From: Cirrosporium novae-zelandiae
Lineage: Eukaryota
Length of the DNA: 64,000 nucleotides
Direction of reading: 5' to 3'
Assembly: GCA_026023565.1 (NCBI GenBank)
Contig: JAPETS010000007.1
Coordinates: forward strand, 496,001 to 560,000
The position numbers were made by a program, and so were the translations under genes. A model generated the notes under the pieces. That model had not been told where the DNA came from, did no database searches, and worked only from the letters and a program-made list of their open reading frames with translations. Shown here piece after piece: positions 39,381-52,900 of the stretch. Within the stretch, counting starts at the first letter, position 1, and each line of letters opens with the position of its first letter.

Positions 39381-41230
39381 CTACCCCTCCTTCAGCAACA
39401 TCCCTTCTAGAATCACTCTCGCCTTGTTCGCTTCCACTCTCCCCTCTTCCCCTCTCCTCATCATTTGCCCCACAAACCACATCACCTTCTTCTCGCCCCC
39501 AGGCTTCCGGACCTGTTCCACCATATCCGGATTTTCCCTCATAATCTCCTTTACCAGCTCTTCATATTCCTTCAATGGTAGCGGACTAAAAATTAGGTTT
39601 TCTTCCTCAACTATCTGGGATATAGGTCTCTGGTCACCTTCAAATACCGCCGGGAGAAGCTGTTTAGCTGTGCGACCGGTGATGCGGTTGAAGAGGAGTT
39701 CGTGGACGATGTCGGCAACGGCTTGTGTTGGAATCGGGTTTTCTTCCCAGGAGGTGTCTGACTTTGAGAGCAGGCCACCGAGTTCCATTAGGACCCTATA
39801 CCTCCACGTTAGAAGAGAATTGATCGGCTAATGCAATAAAGTATAACATACCAGTTTGCAGCCATCCTGCCTGCCTTCTTGAGTAGTACCAGGTTCGTAA
39901 TTCGTGATTGTAATATCTCAACAACATCTTTATAGTATTCCAAGCGTGCGCCATCGTCTAATTCCACGAGTGTCTTTGCATCTTTGTTGTTGACTCCGTA
40001 GGAAGAGTCTTCCACGAGTTGTCTTACTTCTTCATCGGGCATCACTGGAAGCGAGGTTCGGAGGTGTGTAAGAAGGTCTTTTCCGATGATAACTGGTGCA
40101 AGATCTGGATCGGGCATATATCGATAATCTACCTCCCCTTCCTTTCCACGAAGGCGTCTGGTTTCTGTATCGCCTAAATTCCAGCCGCGAGTCTCCCCAT
40201 CAATAACTCGGCCGTTTTCTAACAAATTGATTTGCCGATTTCTCTCAGCGACAATGGCGTCTTCCACGGCCTTGAAACTAACAAGATTCTTTATCTCAAC
40301 ACGTTGGCCTAGGGCCTTTATGCCAGAGTACTCGTGTGTTGCATCGTTATTTCCAAGACCGTCGCGTCGTCGCACAGAAACGTTGACATCCGCTCGGAGA
40401 CCACCCATCTCGATTCCGGTGGTATTTACATTTACGGCCCGAAGCACAGTTTGGATTTTCTTGACATATGCGGCAGCCGTGGCAGGATGATGGATATGCG
40501 GAAGTGTAATTATTTCTATCAAGGGATGGGAGACACGGTTGAAGTCTAGGAGATGTGTGGAGGGAGGTTGCTGTATTGTTTTCGCTGTGTCTTGCTCCAT
40601 TTGTATTTGCTTGATTCCAATAGATACTTCTTTCCCGTCTGCCGGGTCAATTCCATCATGGTCATAGAGCGTAATAGTGCCATTCCTTGCAAACGGCTCG
40701 TAGTATTGTGTTATCTGATATCCATTTGGCTGATCCTGGTAAAAGTAATGCTTCCTATCAAACCGGCTTACGCACTGGACTTCGCAATTAAGTGCCAGCG
40801 CAGCTCTTACGGCAGGGAGAAGAGTCGCTTTCTGGAAACGAGGCTGGCTCCCAGGAAGCGCGAGATCGAAGAATGCAATATGGGTATTCGGAGGATCGCT
40901 AATGGAGGTCTCAGCGGAAGAGAAGAGCTTGCATTTAGTGTTCAGTTGGGCGTGTATTTCGATGCCAACGGTTAATTCCCATTTCTTGAGGCGAGGGTCT
41001 TCTTGCTCTCTGCCTTTCTGCTTCCTCGAGAGGGCTCGCTCTTGCTTGGCTTCTTTTTTTAGTTGTTTTCGGAGGGGAACGATGTCTTCATTGGGGCTGG
41101 GATTTTGGAGGTGGAGGTGGAGTTGGCGGGCAAGTTGGGGCCATAGTCGGGGGTTTAGTCGGAAACGGGGAAGGAGGGCAGATGTTAATAACACCTGCTT
41201 TAAGTCTGGAGGAAGGCGGAGGAATGACAT
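39381..41230 (-). CDS. PET112: Mitochondrial Glu-tRNA(Gln) amidotransferase subunit B (1 intron)
   Basis: [49 protein letters not shown] and [10 protein letters not shown] motifs; C-terminal Yqey-like WFVGQMMR. Confidence 0.95.
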
Positions 41231-41561
41231 CAATTCGGGCTTCGTTGTAGAGCTCCAGAGAATCTACGAAATAGTCTTAGATAGACTATTATAGATGGGA
41301 AAGGACGCTAGTCCATTGATAGTTAGATATAGTAACACTAATCAAGTACTTCACTTCTACACCAAAAAAGCATTGATTAGCTTATCATTAATTATATTAT
41401 TATAATTTATCTATAGTCTACTGCTAGGCCCATGAATCTTCAGCCATTTCATAATATAAAAACCATTGAACGCCCCAACCCAATATTCCCAAAACCTTTC
41501 GACCTTGCCACTACCATCATTTCTCCTCTTATTTTAGAAGACTCAAATAACCCCTCTCGAA

Positions 41562-41802
41562 TCATTTCACATCTCCCCCTTTCTTGAAGTAATGCTTCCA
41601 CCAGTCCTTGAATTTTTTTCCACTTCTCACTGGTTCCGAACAGCCCTTGAGCCTTCTAGCTGCACATCTACTACAAGCTCGAAATCGGCGTTCCTTCAGT
41701 CTCTCGTTGCATTTTTTTTATAGCTTTATCTCTAGCAAGACATATCTTAGTATGCGTCTCCGTGGCGCCACAAAAGCATCTTATGGTATAGTCGGTACAC
41801 AT
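41562..41802 (-). pseudogene. Small Cys-rich (putative Zn-binding) protein gene with a +1 homopolymer frameshift
   Basis: MCTDYTIRCFCGATETHTKIC...AIKK continues as CNERLKERRFRACSRCAARR...KKGGDVK* if one A is removed from the A8 run (plus-strand T 41712-41719). Confidence 0.5.
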
Positions 41803-42559
41803 TTTGCGGACTCGAACGATCGCGTTGACCTAACCCTACTAGATTAGCGAGAGACCCAGTAACAAAGCACTAAGGATTCATGCCGAGCGAGTTTAGGAAG
41901 AAGAGGCCTTGTTCCGTTTGTCGCTTCTCGACTGTGAAGCCGATATCAAATATATGTAATGTAATGGCTTAGAAGGTTGTTATGGATATTGAACGCGTGA
42001 ATATATGAATGGATACAGTGAATACTTGAGGCTTGAGGCCTGAGAAAATTATGGAATAAGAGAGAGATGCGAGAAACTTAAGTTAAGGTCCCGTTTAGAA
42101 AGCCGCGTTTGAAGATGACGATCTTGGCCACTACCTAACTGATAAGTTCCATAACCGGAAGAAACGAAGAAAACACCATAGAGGTTGCCACCAACAGCAA
42201 CTCTAGGATGAAGGTTTGGAACGGATCTTAACTTTTCATCGTGATCACCTATATAGGTACCTTACGATGGAGAGCTCATGAACACACAGACCCAACGTTC
42301 GATTGTCTGCGGCTTAAATGAGATGGTGAAAAGGCCTCATATCGTCCACTTGACTCTGATTGAAGGTCAAAATTTTTTTTTGGTATGTTTGCTCAAGGCC
42401 TCCTAGCATCCAGCCGTGGAAGTAATCTGGTTTGATGAGACTATTTATTTCATTTCTACATCGTTAATTAACGTGAGTAAGCAAGTATAGCTAGTCTCAA
42501 ACGAGTTCAGGAAGTTTGAAGCTGGAGGCTAGTATTAGCTCACATCGCTTGGCTATGGC

Positions 42560-45018
42560 ATTCGACGATGTCCTAAGACGTCCAAGGGGCCAAATAATCC
42601 TTTCGTCCTCATTTTGAAAAATCACGGTGTGCTGTTCAATATCTTCTCAAGGTGGTCGGTCTCTCAAGATAGCTTTATTCTAGAGCACCTTCTACCATAT
42701 GGAAACGGTAATGCCTTTGACTCAACCAGTATTTGGTTTTCGGACTGCACCACCTAACATTTAGTCTTTCCGATGCCCATAAGAATAAAAGAGTCAAACT
42801 CATTCAAAGGAAAGTGGTACAGTGGGATTGCACCAAGGCTTCACGTTTTTCTCCAACCTATACCTCGGGCATGCGCTATATATCCCCATCGAACATATTA
42901 CCTAGGTAATTAGTAAATGTTCTAACCCCTTCACGACCATTAAAAGAACCGCGACGAGGTGGTTAGATATCTTCACACCTCATCCCTTCTCTGTGTCGTT
43001 TATACGAGCCGATAGCTGCAACACTAAAAGGCTAGTATATAATAAATCCCCATCTTTTCCGGAGGAAGGGTAGCTGGCTACGTACATCGAAAGCACTAAT
43101 CGCCTCTTTCGTAGATTGAAGGTCATTCTCAATTTCATTCTCCTGCACTAGTGGAATGCGTCGGAATCTATACAAAGGACCCAAGGCAACAATGGACAGG
43201 CTATGGACAAGAATCGAGAATAGCAGCAACCAGTAAACGACTACACACGTAGCTAGGTCAGATACTGGGAAAGACGCCTTAAGCCTAGGGATTCTTACCG
43301 GGAATTACTAGAGCAGTCAAATTATTCTCTCTATCACATTCACTTTCGCTGGGTTGGGGAAATGAAAGACGGATATCCTCAGCGTGAAACACTGCTCCAA
43401 GTCCTGATAGAGTATTAAAATCCCGCTCCTATCACAAAGCGAGCCAACATGTGGACTCACCAATGGGAGCAAAGGAGCCCATGAACAAGGCTTCCTTCCA
43501 ATCGCTACATACGTTTGGTATAAATTTATATACCATAAATATAGCTAGTATACGGCGGAAGATCAAGACAAGAACACCAAGAACGAATAATCTGGTCATA
43601 GTGATTCCACTAGTCCGAGAAAGCTGGAATACTTCCCAAGGAATAATTGTCCCGATATATAGGAACCCCCCGAAATTTAGGAATGTCTTAATGTAAAAAT
43701 TGACTTTGTCATGTCGGATGGTCGTTTCCTTCAAATACTGTCCATCCCAGTTTAACGCGTTGCCCGCAACGAAGCAGGCCAAAACATCATGTGTGCCAAG
43801 AGCACCAGTGGTTCCTACAATAAAAAGCTAGGTTCGGCAAGGTCAGCCATATAAACCAAAGGAAAAGGGGAGGTTTCATACACCCATAGCAACAGGCCAT
43901 AGTAGATATCTCTTATTCTCGATTAGCCCCCTAAAACAGGTGAGTATTTGTTTCTGGTTTTATGCAAGCCTAACCGACCTTTTTAAGGAGAATTCAAGAA
44001 GCTTACAGCTCCCAATCCCAACAAAGACACCGTATGAAATGCTGAAAGCGACGCACAGCCATCCTCCTAAAAACCGCGGCTCTAGTGAATTGCGAGATTC
44101 ACTCCCAAATATTCCCATCTGACTTTTGGCTAATAGAGGAAATAACTTCCCTGTATGATCATTTTCTACTGTGTATCCGCGAGTCTCTGTAGCAGCGTGC
44201 TGAATCTGAGAGATGGCCAAGAAAAACCATGGGAATCCAAATGCGGCATTTGCGCCCGCCTCAGAGGAGATAATTTCGCAGAGCGGACGACTGAGATATT
44301 TTTGTGCAAATGGCCCTCTCGGAATGGCTTGCGATAGCAGAGGGTCAGTGTATGCTAAACAAGATCCGATGACGAGACGTGAAAACTGAGAGAATTAAAC
44401 CGGCATTCTTTAGTAGTGTGTGGAACTCTAACTCACTAGAGTAAGGTTTGGAATGGTCAACCATATACAGGCTGTTGTGAAGAGCCATTGAATCAAGACC
44501 ACTGGGAACAAGCATATTATCATTTCTCGCCATCGTTTTCTTTGATACCGCGCTGGTAACTGAAATCCTGCAATGACAAGCTGAATGCCAATTATTACAC
44601 GACAGAGATCCTTCATTAGTTAGTATATCACTTGTATATAAATCCCTGTGATCAGAAAAGGGGGCATTTTACAAAGGTAAGGAAGCTTCTTGGTCCGAAA
44701 GGGTTGGAACCCCATCGGTCTTGGTTGAGGAAATTGACTCCGACAGGGCCCAAGGCTATGCCACATATGACGGCAGGAACTGCAGTTATACACAGAATTT
44801 TCAAAACTCGACTTCATTTCTGCGGTACCCCGTGGAAGGTACTGACGAGCTTCTCCAAGATACCAAACTTCCGTGGATTTTGTAGCAATTATGCCACAGG
44901 GAATAATGAAAGCGCCTAGGAAAGGAAAGCGTTAACGTTGTTCTTGGTTAGTTTGACGAGATAATATACCTAAGACTGTAATGATTATATTCAGCTCGTT
45001 CACATCTATTGAAGGCAT
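42560..45018 (-). pseudogene. CPA1/Nha1-type Na+/H+ antiporter pseudogene (3' limit approximate)
   Basis: MPSIDVNELN, WYLGEA, RVIIGIQLVIAGFQLPARY, EIISSEAGAN, ACFVAGNALNWDG and WKEALFMG.FAPIG fragments; frameshifts and eroded TPTDP/NDG motifs. Confidence 0.85.
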
Positions 45019-45797
45019 TGCTGCTGGAAATAACGGTGAAATGTATTAGATGGAAGATAGATCGAAAATCAAGTGGGCCTTAGAGGAAGGTAGGTCGACG
45101 ATATAAGAAGTTATCGTGCCAAGGTAAAACAACCAGATGCAGAACCCCAGAATACACTATGTATCGAGGAAAAAAACATCACGCAGGCATAGTAAAAAGG
45201 CCGGTGAGCACAGATGCAAGAAACTTGGACATAGGACTTGATAGCATAGTTAGGTACGTGGTTGGATGATTGAAAAAAGCTGAACCAAACTTGGCGGTGA
45301 TGAAAAAAATCCAACAATTGCCATTCTAAGCTCTTGGCTCGATGTGTTGACAAAGAGTTGAATTAGCAGAAATGATAATAGTGGGTAACAATATATCTCT
45401 TGGTGCTTGGCTCTTCGCGGCTAAAACTTGGCGCTTCTTCAATTGCGCTTGTAGAATGATTTATAGTCACAACAACAACCACAATACAGATTCCATCAAC
45501 CCTAAGGCAATGCATTCCCATGGTAACGCCGTTTCTCCAATTTGACTGAATCAGAAATGTATTCAGATGATTAAAAGACAAAATGAAAAGAGATGAGGAA
45601 GGGATTCACATGCCAAGCCTGATGTAGGACATATGAGATACGCCAAGTAGCTCGCATGCATAGGCGTCTTGCTATGAGTTGGGGGGTAGCGATCTAAGAA
45701 GGTCGCATCGGAAAGAAGTGTTTAAAAATGGCTATATCTACATCTCCTCCCAGGTCTCCAAAAAATAATCAACTGCTCCTACTATTTTTCATTCAAT

Positions 45798-48700
45798 ATG
45801 GTCCAGGGGAACGGAGCAATCAACGAAAGACAAGTCTCCGGACAGGCTAATAGCCCTCTCTCCCAACCACCGCATGCCCTGCCTCATCACATTGTTGCCG
45901 ATATCATTAGAGCTGATATTCAAGATGGCCTAACTACTACTGAAGCCGAGATTCGGCTGCAGGAATATGGCCCTAATGAACTTGATGATGGACCTGGAGT
46001 TCAACCAGCTAAGATCCTGTTTCGTCAGATTGCTAACGCCATGATGCTAGTTAAGCAAATCATAAACTCCATATGGACAATTCCGTCAAGCTAATTCTGC
46101 CTTACAGGTGCTGATACTGGCTATGGGAGTCAGCTTTGGCATAGGATCATACATTGAAGGTGGTGTTATCAGTTCTGTGATTGCTCTTAATATTGTTGTT
46201 GGATTCTTCCAAGAATTCAATGCAGAGAAAACCATGGACTCGTTGAGGTCTCTGAGTTCCCCGACAGCTAACGCAGTAAGAGACACACAAAATCGCACGG
46301 TACCCACCTTTACATTAGTACCGGGTGATTTGGTAGAACTGAAGACTGGAGACACTGTTCCCGCTGACTTGAGGTGAGGAAAGAAACCCATATGCAAATT
46401 CTGATAGATAGTATTCTGACTTAAGCCAAGGCTCATTGAATGCGTCAACTTTGAAACAGACGAGGCCTTGCTTACTGGAGAATCGCTACCCATCCTAAAA
46501 GATTCCGAGACCGTCTTTCATGCAGAAGCCAGTCCAGGTGATCGTCTCAATATTGCTTTTAGCTCCTCTACTGTAACTAAAGGTCGCGCCCGCGGGATTG
46601 TTATTGCCACGGGGATGAAAACCGAAATTGGGAGCATTGCGGCCGCCTTGCGCGCGTCTGGAAAGAAGATCCGTGCAGTCAAACGGAGGCCGGACGGAAG
46701 CGCCAAACCATACCGCTATGCTCAAGCATGGGGCCTGACCGCAGGTGACCTCGTGGGCCATTTCTTGGGTGTCAATGTCGGTACACCATTGCAGAGGAAG
46801 CTTTCCAAGCTTGCCCTGTTGCTATTCTGTATTGCTATTGTCTGTGCTATTATTGTCATGGGAGCAAACAAGTTTTCAAGCAACAAGGACGTTATCATCT
46901 ACGCCGTAGCCACAGGCTTGAGCATGATACCTGCGTCTTTAATTGTCGTTCTAACTATCACCATGGCTGCGGGGACTAAAACAATGGTTGAAAGGAACGT
47001 CATTGTCCGCAAACTCGACTCACTCGAAGCTCTAGGAGCAGTAACAGGTAAGGTGGGCAGACCTTGAATGGGATATGTTGAACTAATTTTGATTACAGAT
47101 ATCTGCTCTGACAAGACGGGGACACTTACCCAGGGGAAAATGGTAGTCAAGAAAGCATGGATTCCTGCTAAAGGGTCATATTCTGTGGATATTTCAAGCA
47201 ATCCGTTTGATCCAACAACTGGGTTGTTGTCGTACAGTCCACTACCCCCAAATGAGATTGATCTTAAATCATGCACGGACAAAGACACGTCTATTCTCCC
47301 TGAAGATCTTCTTCAGGATAATAAATACCTACAGGACTTTCTCAAAGTTGCCTCGCTAGCTAATCTTGCTAAAGTATACCAACATGACGGCATTTGGTAT
47401 GCTCGTGGTGACCCCACCGAGATTGCTATTCAGGTATTTGCCTCACGCTTCAATTGGAATAGAGACCGATTTACCACTGGAGAAGAGCCTTTATTAACCC
47501 AGGTTACCGAGTTTCCGTTTGACTCGGATCTGAAGAAAATGTCAACTATTTTTCAGCTAAAGGATTCTGATAAACAAGTAGTATTCACTAAAGGTGCTGT
47601 TGAGCGCGTGATCAGTTCCTGTACCACAGTTTCATGGGACGCCAAATCACCGCTGATCAAGATGACAGATCAGCTGCGTGAGCGCATCCTTAACAACATG
47701 GAGGCATTAGCTTCCCAAGGACTTCGGGTGCTTGCGCTTGCTAGTAGAGAATACTATGACTTTAAGATGAGTGAAAATAGCGCCCAGCAGCGAGCCGAAA
47801 TAGAAAGTAATCTGACCTTTCAAGGGCTCGTCGGGCTCTACGACCCCCCACGCCCAGAATCTACCGGAGCCGTTAAAGCGTGTCATCACGCCGGAATCTC
47901 AGTTCACATGCTCACAGGAGATCACCCTGGCACCGCTAGAGCGATTGCCGCACAAGTTCAGATCCTCCCATTAAATATAGAAGCCATTCCCAGAGGTATT
48001 GCAGATACTATGGTTATGACAGCAAGCGAATTTGACAGGTTGTCCGACGATGGAATTGACGCGCTTTCGAAGCTTCCTCTGGTTATAGCTCGCTGTACTC
48101 CGACTACTAAAGTTCGTATGATTGAGGCTCTCCATCGGCGCAAATACTTTGTAGCCATGACGGGGGATGGGGTAAACGACTCGCCATCACTGAAGCGCGC
48201 AGATATTGGCATTGCTATGGGCCAGGGAGGTTCTGATGTTGCTAAAGAGGCTTCTGACATTGTTTTGACAGACGACAATTTTGCATCAATCCTTAATGCC
48301 GTGGAAGAGGGTCGTCGGATGTTCGATAATATCCAGAAGTTCGTTCTCCATTTGCTTGCTGAAAACATCGCCCAAGCATGTACGCTTCTCATCGGCCTAG
48401 CTTTTAAAGACAATAACGGCCTATCTGTATTCCCTCTTGCCCCAGTCGAAATTCTTTGGGTAATCATGATCACGTCCGGGATGCCTGACATGGGTCTTGG
48501 CTTCGAAATCGCAGCACCAGATATTTTGTCACGTCCACCGCAATCTTTAGATAAAGGTGTATTTACGGTCGAAGTCATGCTTGACATGCTTGTCTATGGA
48601 TTTTGGATGGCATGTCTCTGCCTCTCAGCTTTCTGCCTAGTTTTATTTGGCTTTGGCGACGGCCACATTGGAGATAACTGCAACGCTAAATACAGCTCCG

Positions 48701-49209
48701 ATTGTGACACTGTGTTCCGCGCCCGGGCTACCACATTCGTATGCCTGACCTGGTTTGCCCTGTTTCTAGCATGGGAAATGATCAATATGCGTCGTTCTTT
48801 CTTTCGAATGCAACCCAAAAGCAAGAAATACTTGACGCAGTGGATCCACGACATTTGGCGAAACAAATTCCTGTTCTGGGCAATCATCGCAGGCTTCGTC
48901 ACAATTTTCCCCACTCTGTACATCCCCGTCATTAATCATGACGTTTTCAAACACGAAGGTATCTCCTGGGAATGGGGCGTCGTTTTTATGGAATCTCTCC
49001 TATTCCTTGCCGGTGCCGAAGCCTGGAAATGGGGGAAGCGGATCTATTTCCGCAGGAAGGCCAAGAGTGCCATAACTGCCGCTACTACTGACGGAAATGA
49101 CAATAACCCTGAGATTAACAACCGCTTCCACGGGTACTTGGAAGGACATTCCGGTGAGGGTTCAGGAGCAACAACGGATAATGGAGATGTCGAAAAGCAA
49201 ACGTACTGA
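45798..49209 (+). CDS. ENA1: P-type IID Na+/K+-exporting ATPase (3 introns)
   Basis: LTGES, SMIPASL, DICSDKTGTLTQGKM, KGAVE, DPPR, TGD and GDGVNDSPSLK motifs; ENA-type C-terminus. Confidence 0.95.
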
Positions 49210-49914
49210 CAACTAGAGGACGGTGAAGCCGTTGCAATGCCCATGTTTCTCGTTATGCGATATGGTAGATGGTGGACTAGATATTCGATGAGTATTGATA
49301 AAACAATGATACTCGGGTTCGGTGATCATATCCCTAGCTATATAATGAATCAACCTAACACATATTGCATCACCCGAACCCGTCATTCTGCATTCAACCC
49401 CCCAATAAATGGATCCAGACAAAAAGTAAACCGTATGATCTTTTATAGTAAATGATTGGAGCAGCTTCTAGATCTTTCATGTGCAACTATTATACATTCC
49501 TTATAAAATGAAACCAAGTAAATAAGCGGCCTAATTATGATGATAATGAGCTAGATATTCATATTATAGACCTAAAATACGACTAATCCATCCAAGTACA
49601 CATGCACTTTTATGAAATAGGAATGCTTTAAAAAAAGACAGACGCCTATTTGCTATTTGATGTTGGGGAGAGTCATCAGTAGAGACAGTCATATAGCAAA
49701 AGGGAGTACATATGTATGTAGACTGCACTGAAATAAAAACGCCTATCGCTTATCGCCTTCCTCGAACCCGGCCCCATCCTGTTGCAGCCGTACAATTGTC
49801 GTTATCAAAGAAATACAAAAAGAAAGACAAAATTAGAGAATTGCATGAGGGCTATCACTTTGACACAACTACACATACGTTTTATTATGCTTTGGCTTCA
49901 TCTTCGTCACATCT

Positions 49915-52900
49915 CTAGTTCCGATCGTCCATCAATGCACCATACGCTTTTACCTCCTCCTCGATCATATCAATCGCCTCGCCTAAATCGCCATTGCTAG
50001 CCGCAGCATACAAGCTCAATCTCTGTCCCACTCCATATTTTGCTTTGTCATATCCCAAGGAGATGAGATCACTGATGCAATTATCAGTTTTTGGAGAGCT
50101 GGGGAAGGTTGCTGTTCTAGAATGGGTAGCTGGGACTCTTGGGTGAGTAGTAGTAATTGTCTTAGAGTGGGGGAGATGTGGTGGTCCTGTTATAGCGGTC
50201 GTTGGCGAAATCATTGGTTGGGTTGGTTTAGCGGTCGAAATAGTGGAGTCGCGACGGTGAGGAGGAAAAGATGCTTTTGGGTTACTTTGGGTGGTTATAG
50301 AACGGTATGGTGCGTACCAGTCTTCTAAGCTAGGCGCTGAGGGGCTGTGATCCTGAGGTTGATAAAACAACGGCTCTGAAGCCGTTGTTTGGAATCGACT
50401 CGGCATTGAAGCAGGCCCTATCACGTCTACTCGAGGCGCAAATGAGACAGATGGTTTGGGATGTAATTTGTTTGCTTCGTTTGCTGATGAGGCTGATCTA
50501 TCAAGAAGTGTTGTGCGATCCCAGCCCAAAGAACTTTGTGAAGAGAAAGGCCTGCTTTGGCCCCTTTGTGTATTAATTGGGCCGAAAAGTGGAAATCCAG
50601 AAGAGCGAGGATATGACTTATTATTCACTTCAACTTTAGAGCTCGAGCTGGAGGATGCATCACTTTGAATGGTGGTAGGCCTATGGAATGTTGATTGTGC
50701 TGCCTGATGGAATGCTTCAGAAGACTTCTGGGTGACCTGGATAGAATCGGAGTCATTGTCCTCGGGTAGTGCGCTAGGCGCGAGATCCGATAAAGGTTTC
50801 ATTGATGGAAAGGGTTGCGTAAGTTTAGGCTGGTGAATAGTTAATGGCGTTTTTGGTGGTACGCTGGGACCCTTCGAAGACTCAAGCTGGGCTCGAAACG
50901 TAGATTCTTCAAATTGAGCAATTGTGGGGAAACGTTTAAAATGAGCATCCAAGCCTGAGTACGGGTTATCCAAGTCATCTGCTAGGCTTAAAGAAGATCT
51001 CTTGGTAACACTGTCCGTGAGCCTATAAGGGGAGCGTCTGCGGAGACTAAGACTACCCATTGAATGTCGATGACTAAGGTCATGTGCATCTCCGAATTTG
51101 AGCTTCGGGTGAGTTGCCTTCCTACCCCTTTGAATCTCTCGATGCGGGCCGCGAATCTGGTTTTTGCTGGCTAATTGGTGAACATTAGGGGGTATAGGTG
51201 GACAAGGATCAACACCAGAAGTGACCCGATTTTGCCGAGATGTAGAGGTATTCGGGAAAATATTAGCAGGATATTTCCCTTTTAGTTCTTCGGTAGTCGG
51301 GGTTGGTGGCTTGGGAGGCTTTGACATTTCAGTAGTAATGTTTGAGTTTAAACCCGTCCTACCATTTGGCTGACTCTCTGTTAACAAAATAAGTGGTTCT
51401 TCAGGCTCTGTGCTTTTCTTAGTACCCCCATGCTTGAGAGTATCGGAAAGCACTGGGACTACCGATGATGGCTCAGGTATGACATTATGTTGATGTGTAG
51501 CTGCAGCCTCAAACGATGCCAGAAGTCCTTTACAGAGAGACTCAACCCCTTCCAGCATGTGGTTGATTGCTTCAACGTTTGCATTCCTAATATTATCCGC
51601 AGCTAGGCCCGTTCGAATCGATGCATGAAGCAAAATATCACCAAAATTGTGCATTTTGATTCCTAGGTCAGAGAAATCATCTCGAAGATTAATAATAGCA
51701 TCATTAACTTTCTGAGGAGCATCTTCCTGAGCATGGAGAAAGCGCTGATGAGCTGCTGGAAATTTATCTCGTAATTCAGAGACCAAAGCGTCAGTGCAGA
51801 TAACTAGAGCTTGAGCAGAGTCGTCAACAAGACCACGGGCATTTGCTGCAAGGATGTCTTCTGGGGTTAGTGGTTTTCGGAATCTTTCATACCATCCAGG
51901 TCTTGTTAAACAATCCTCTTCAAGGGATGCTTTGGTAGCTTGGGGAGGGGTAGAAAGCCGAACAGTAGAATCAGCTGGTAGAAAAGGGCCATTTCCTGTA
52001 GTCATGGGAGAAAATGGATTGGTTGCAGGTTTTAATGCGGCTTTAGGGGGAATAATAGGTGGTTTGGATTCTGCCTCGGCTTGCTTTGCTTCAGCATGAA
52101 GTTTCGCAATCTCTGAACTGAAGCCATCTAACAAAGGCTGATCTGGTGCCGATGGCTTTGGTGGGCTCCCCGAATCCTTTAGAATAGATGTGGAATTCTC
52201 AGGAAGTGGGACCGTTGGAAATGCAAAAACTCCCTTTCGGACGTTGATAATTGCATTTAACAACTGTACGAGTTCCTGGACACTGCCCTCAAACATGGGA
52301 TTAAAGAAGGATGCCCTTTGTTCCACGGAATTCAAAACTAGTCTTCCAGAGAGAGAAATCATATTTTCCGGCCATTCAGACGAAGGATTGTATATAGAAA
52401 GACTGGATAGAAATTCGAGTATATCGGTGGCAAATCCCTCAAACAGCATTCTTCCATCAGATGTCTTTACTTCAAGCTTCTCAGACGCTATCCTATCCCT
52501 CACCCAATTAGGGACTTTCCTTAACGAGGGACCAAGAGCAATCTCCTCTTTCATGGACAATTCTAGGTTTTGGTACGGTAATCCAGAAACGTGGAGCTCA
52601 TCTAGAATATTGGGAGGTTGAGGAGATCCATGAGATGCTTCAGGGTTTTCCGTTCCCCACGTTGGTCCTGAATCTGAGGTCATCTCACCACCGCCACGCT
52701 TGTTTGCCTCTGAAACCTGTTCAGTGTGTTTGGGAAATAGCGTAGAAGATGAAGTTGATTGGGGAGATTCTCGAGAGACTTGAGATGGAGCTTCTGGTTT
52801 AGCGATTTGGAAATATTGGGGTGAGCTATAAGATGCCCAACGATTGGCAAGGACATTCATGGGTTGTTTTTGTTCAAATTTTTGATCTCGTAGTTTTTGC

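Noticed and set aside
47958..48587. Long antisense ORFs over ENA1, MFS, GatB and the NADH dehydrogenase
   Set aside because: Typical shadow ORFs of coding sequence.
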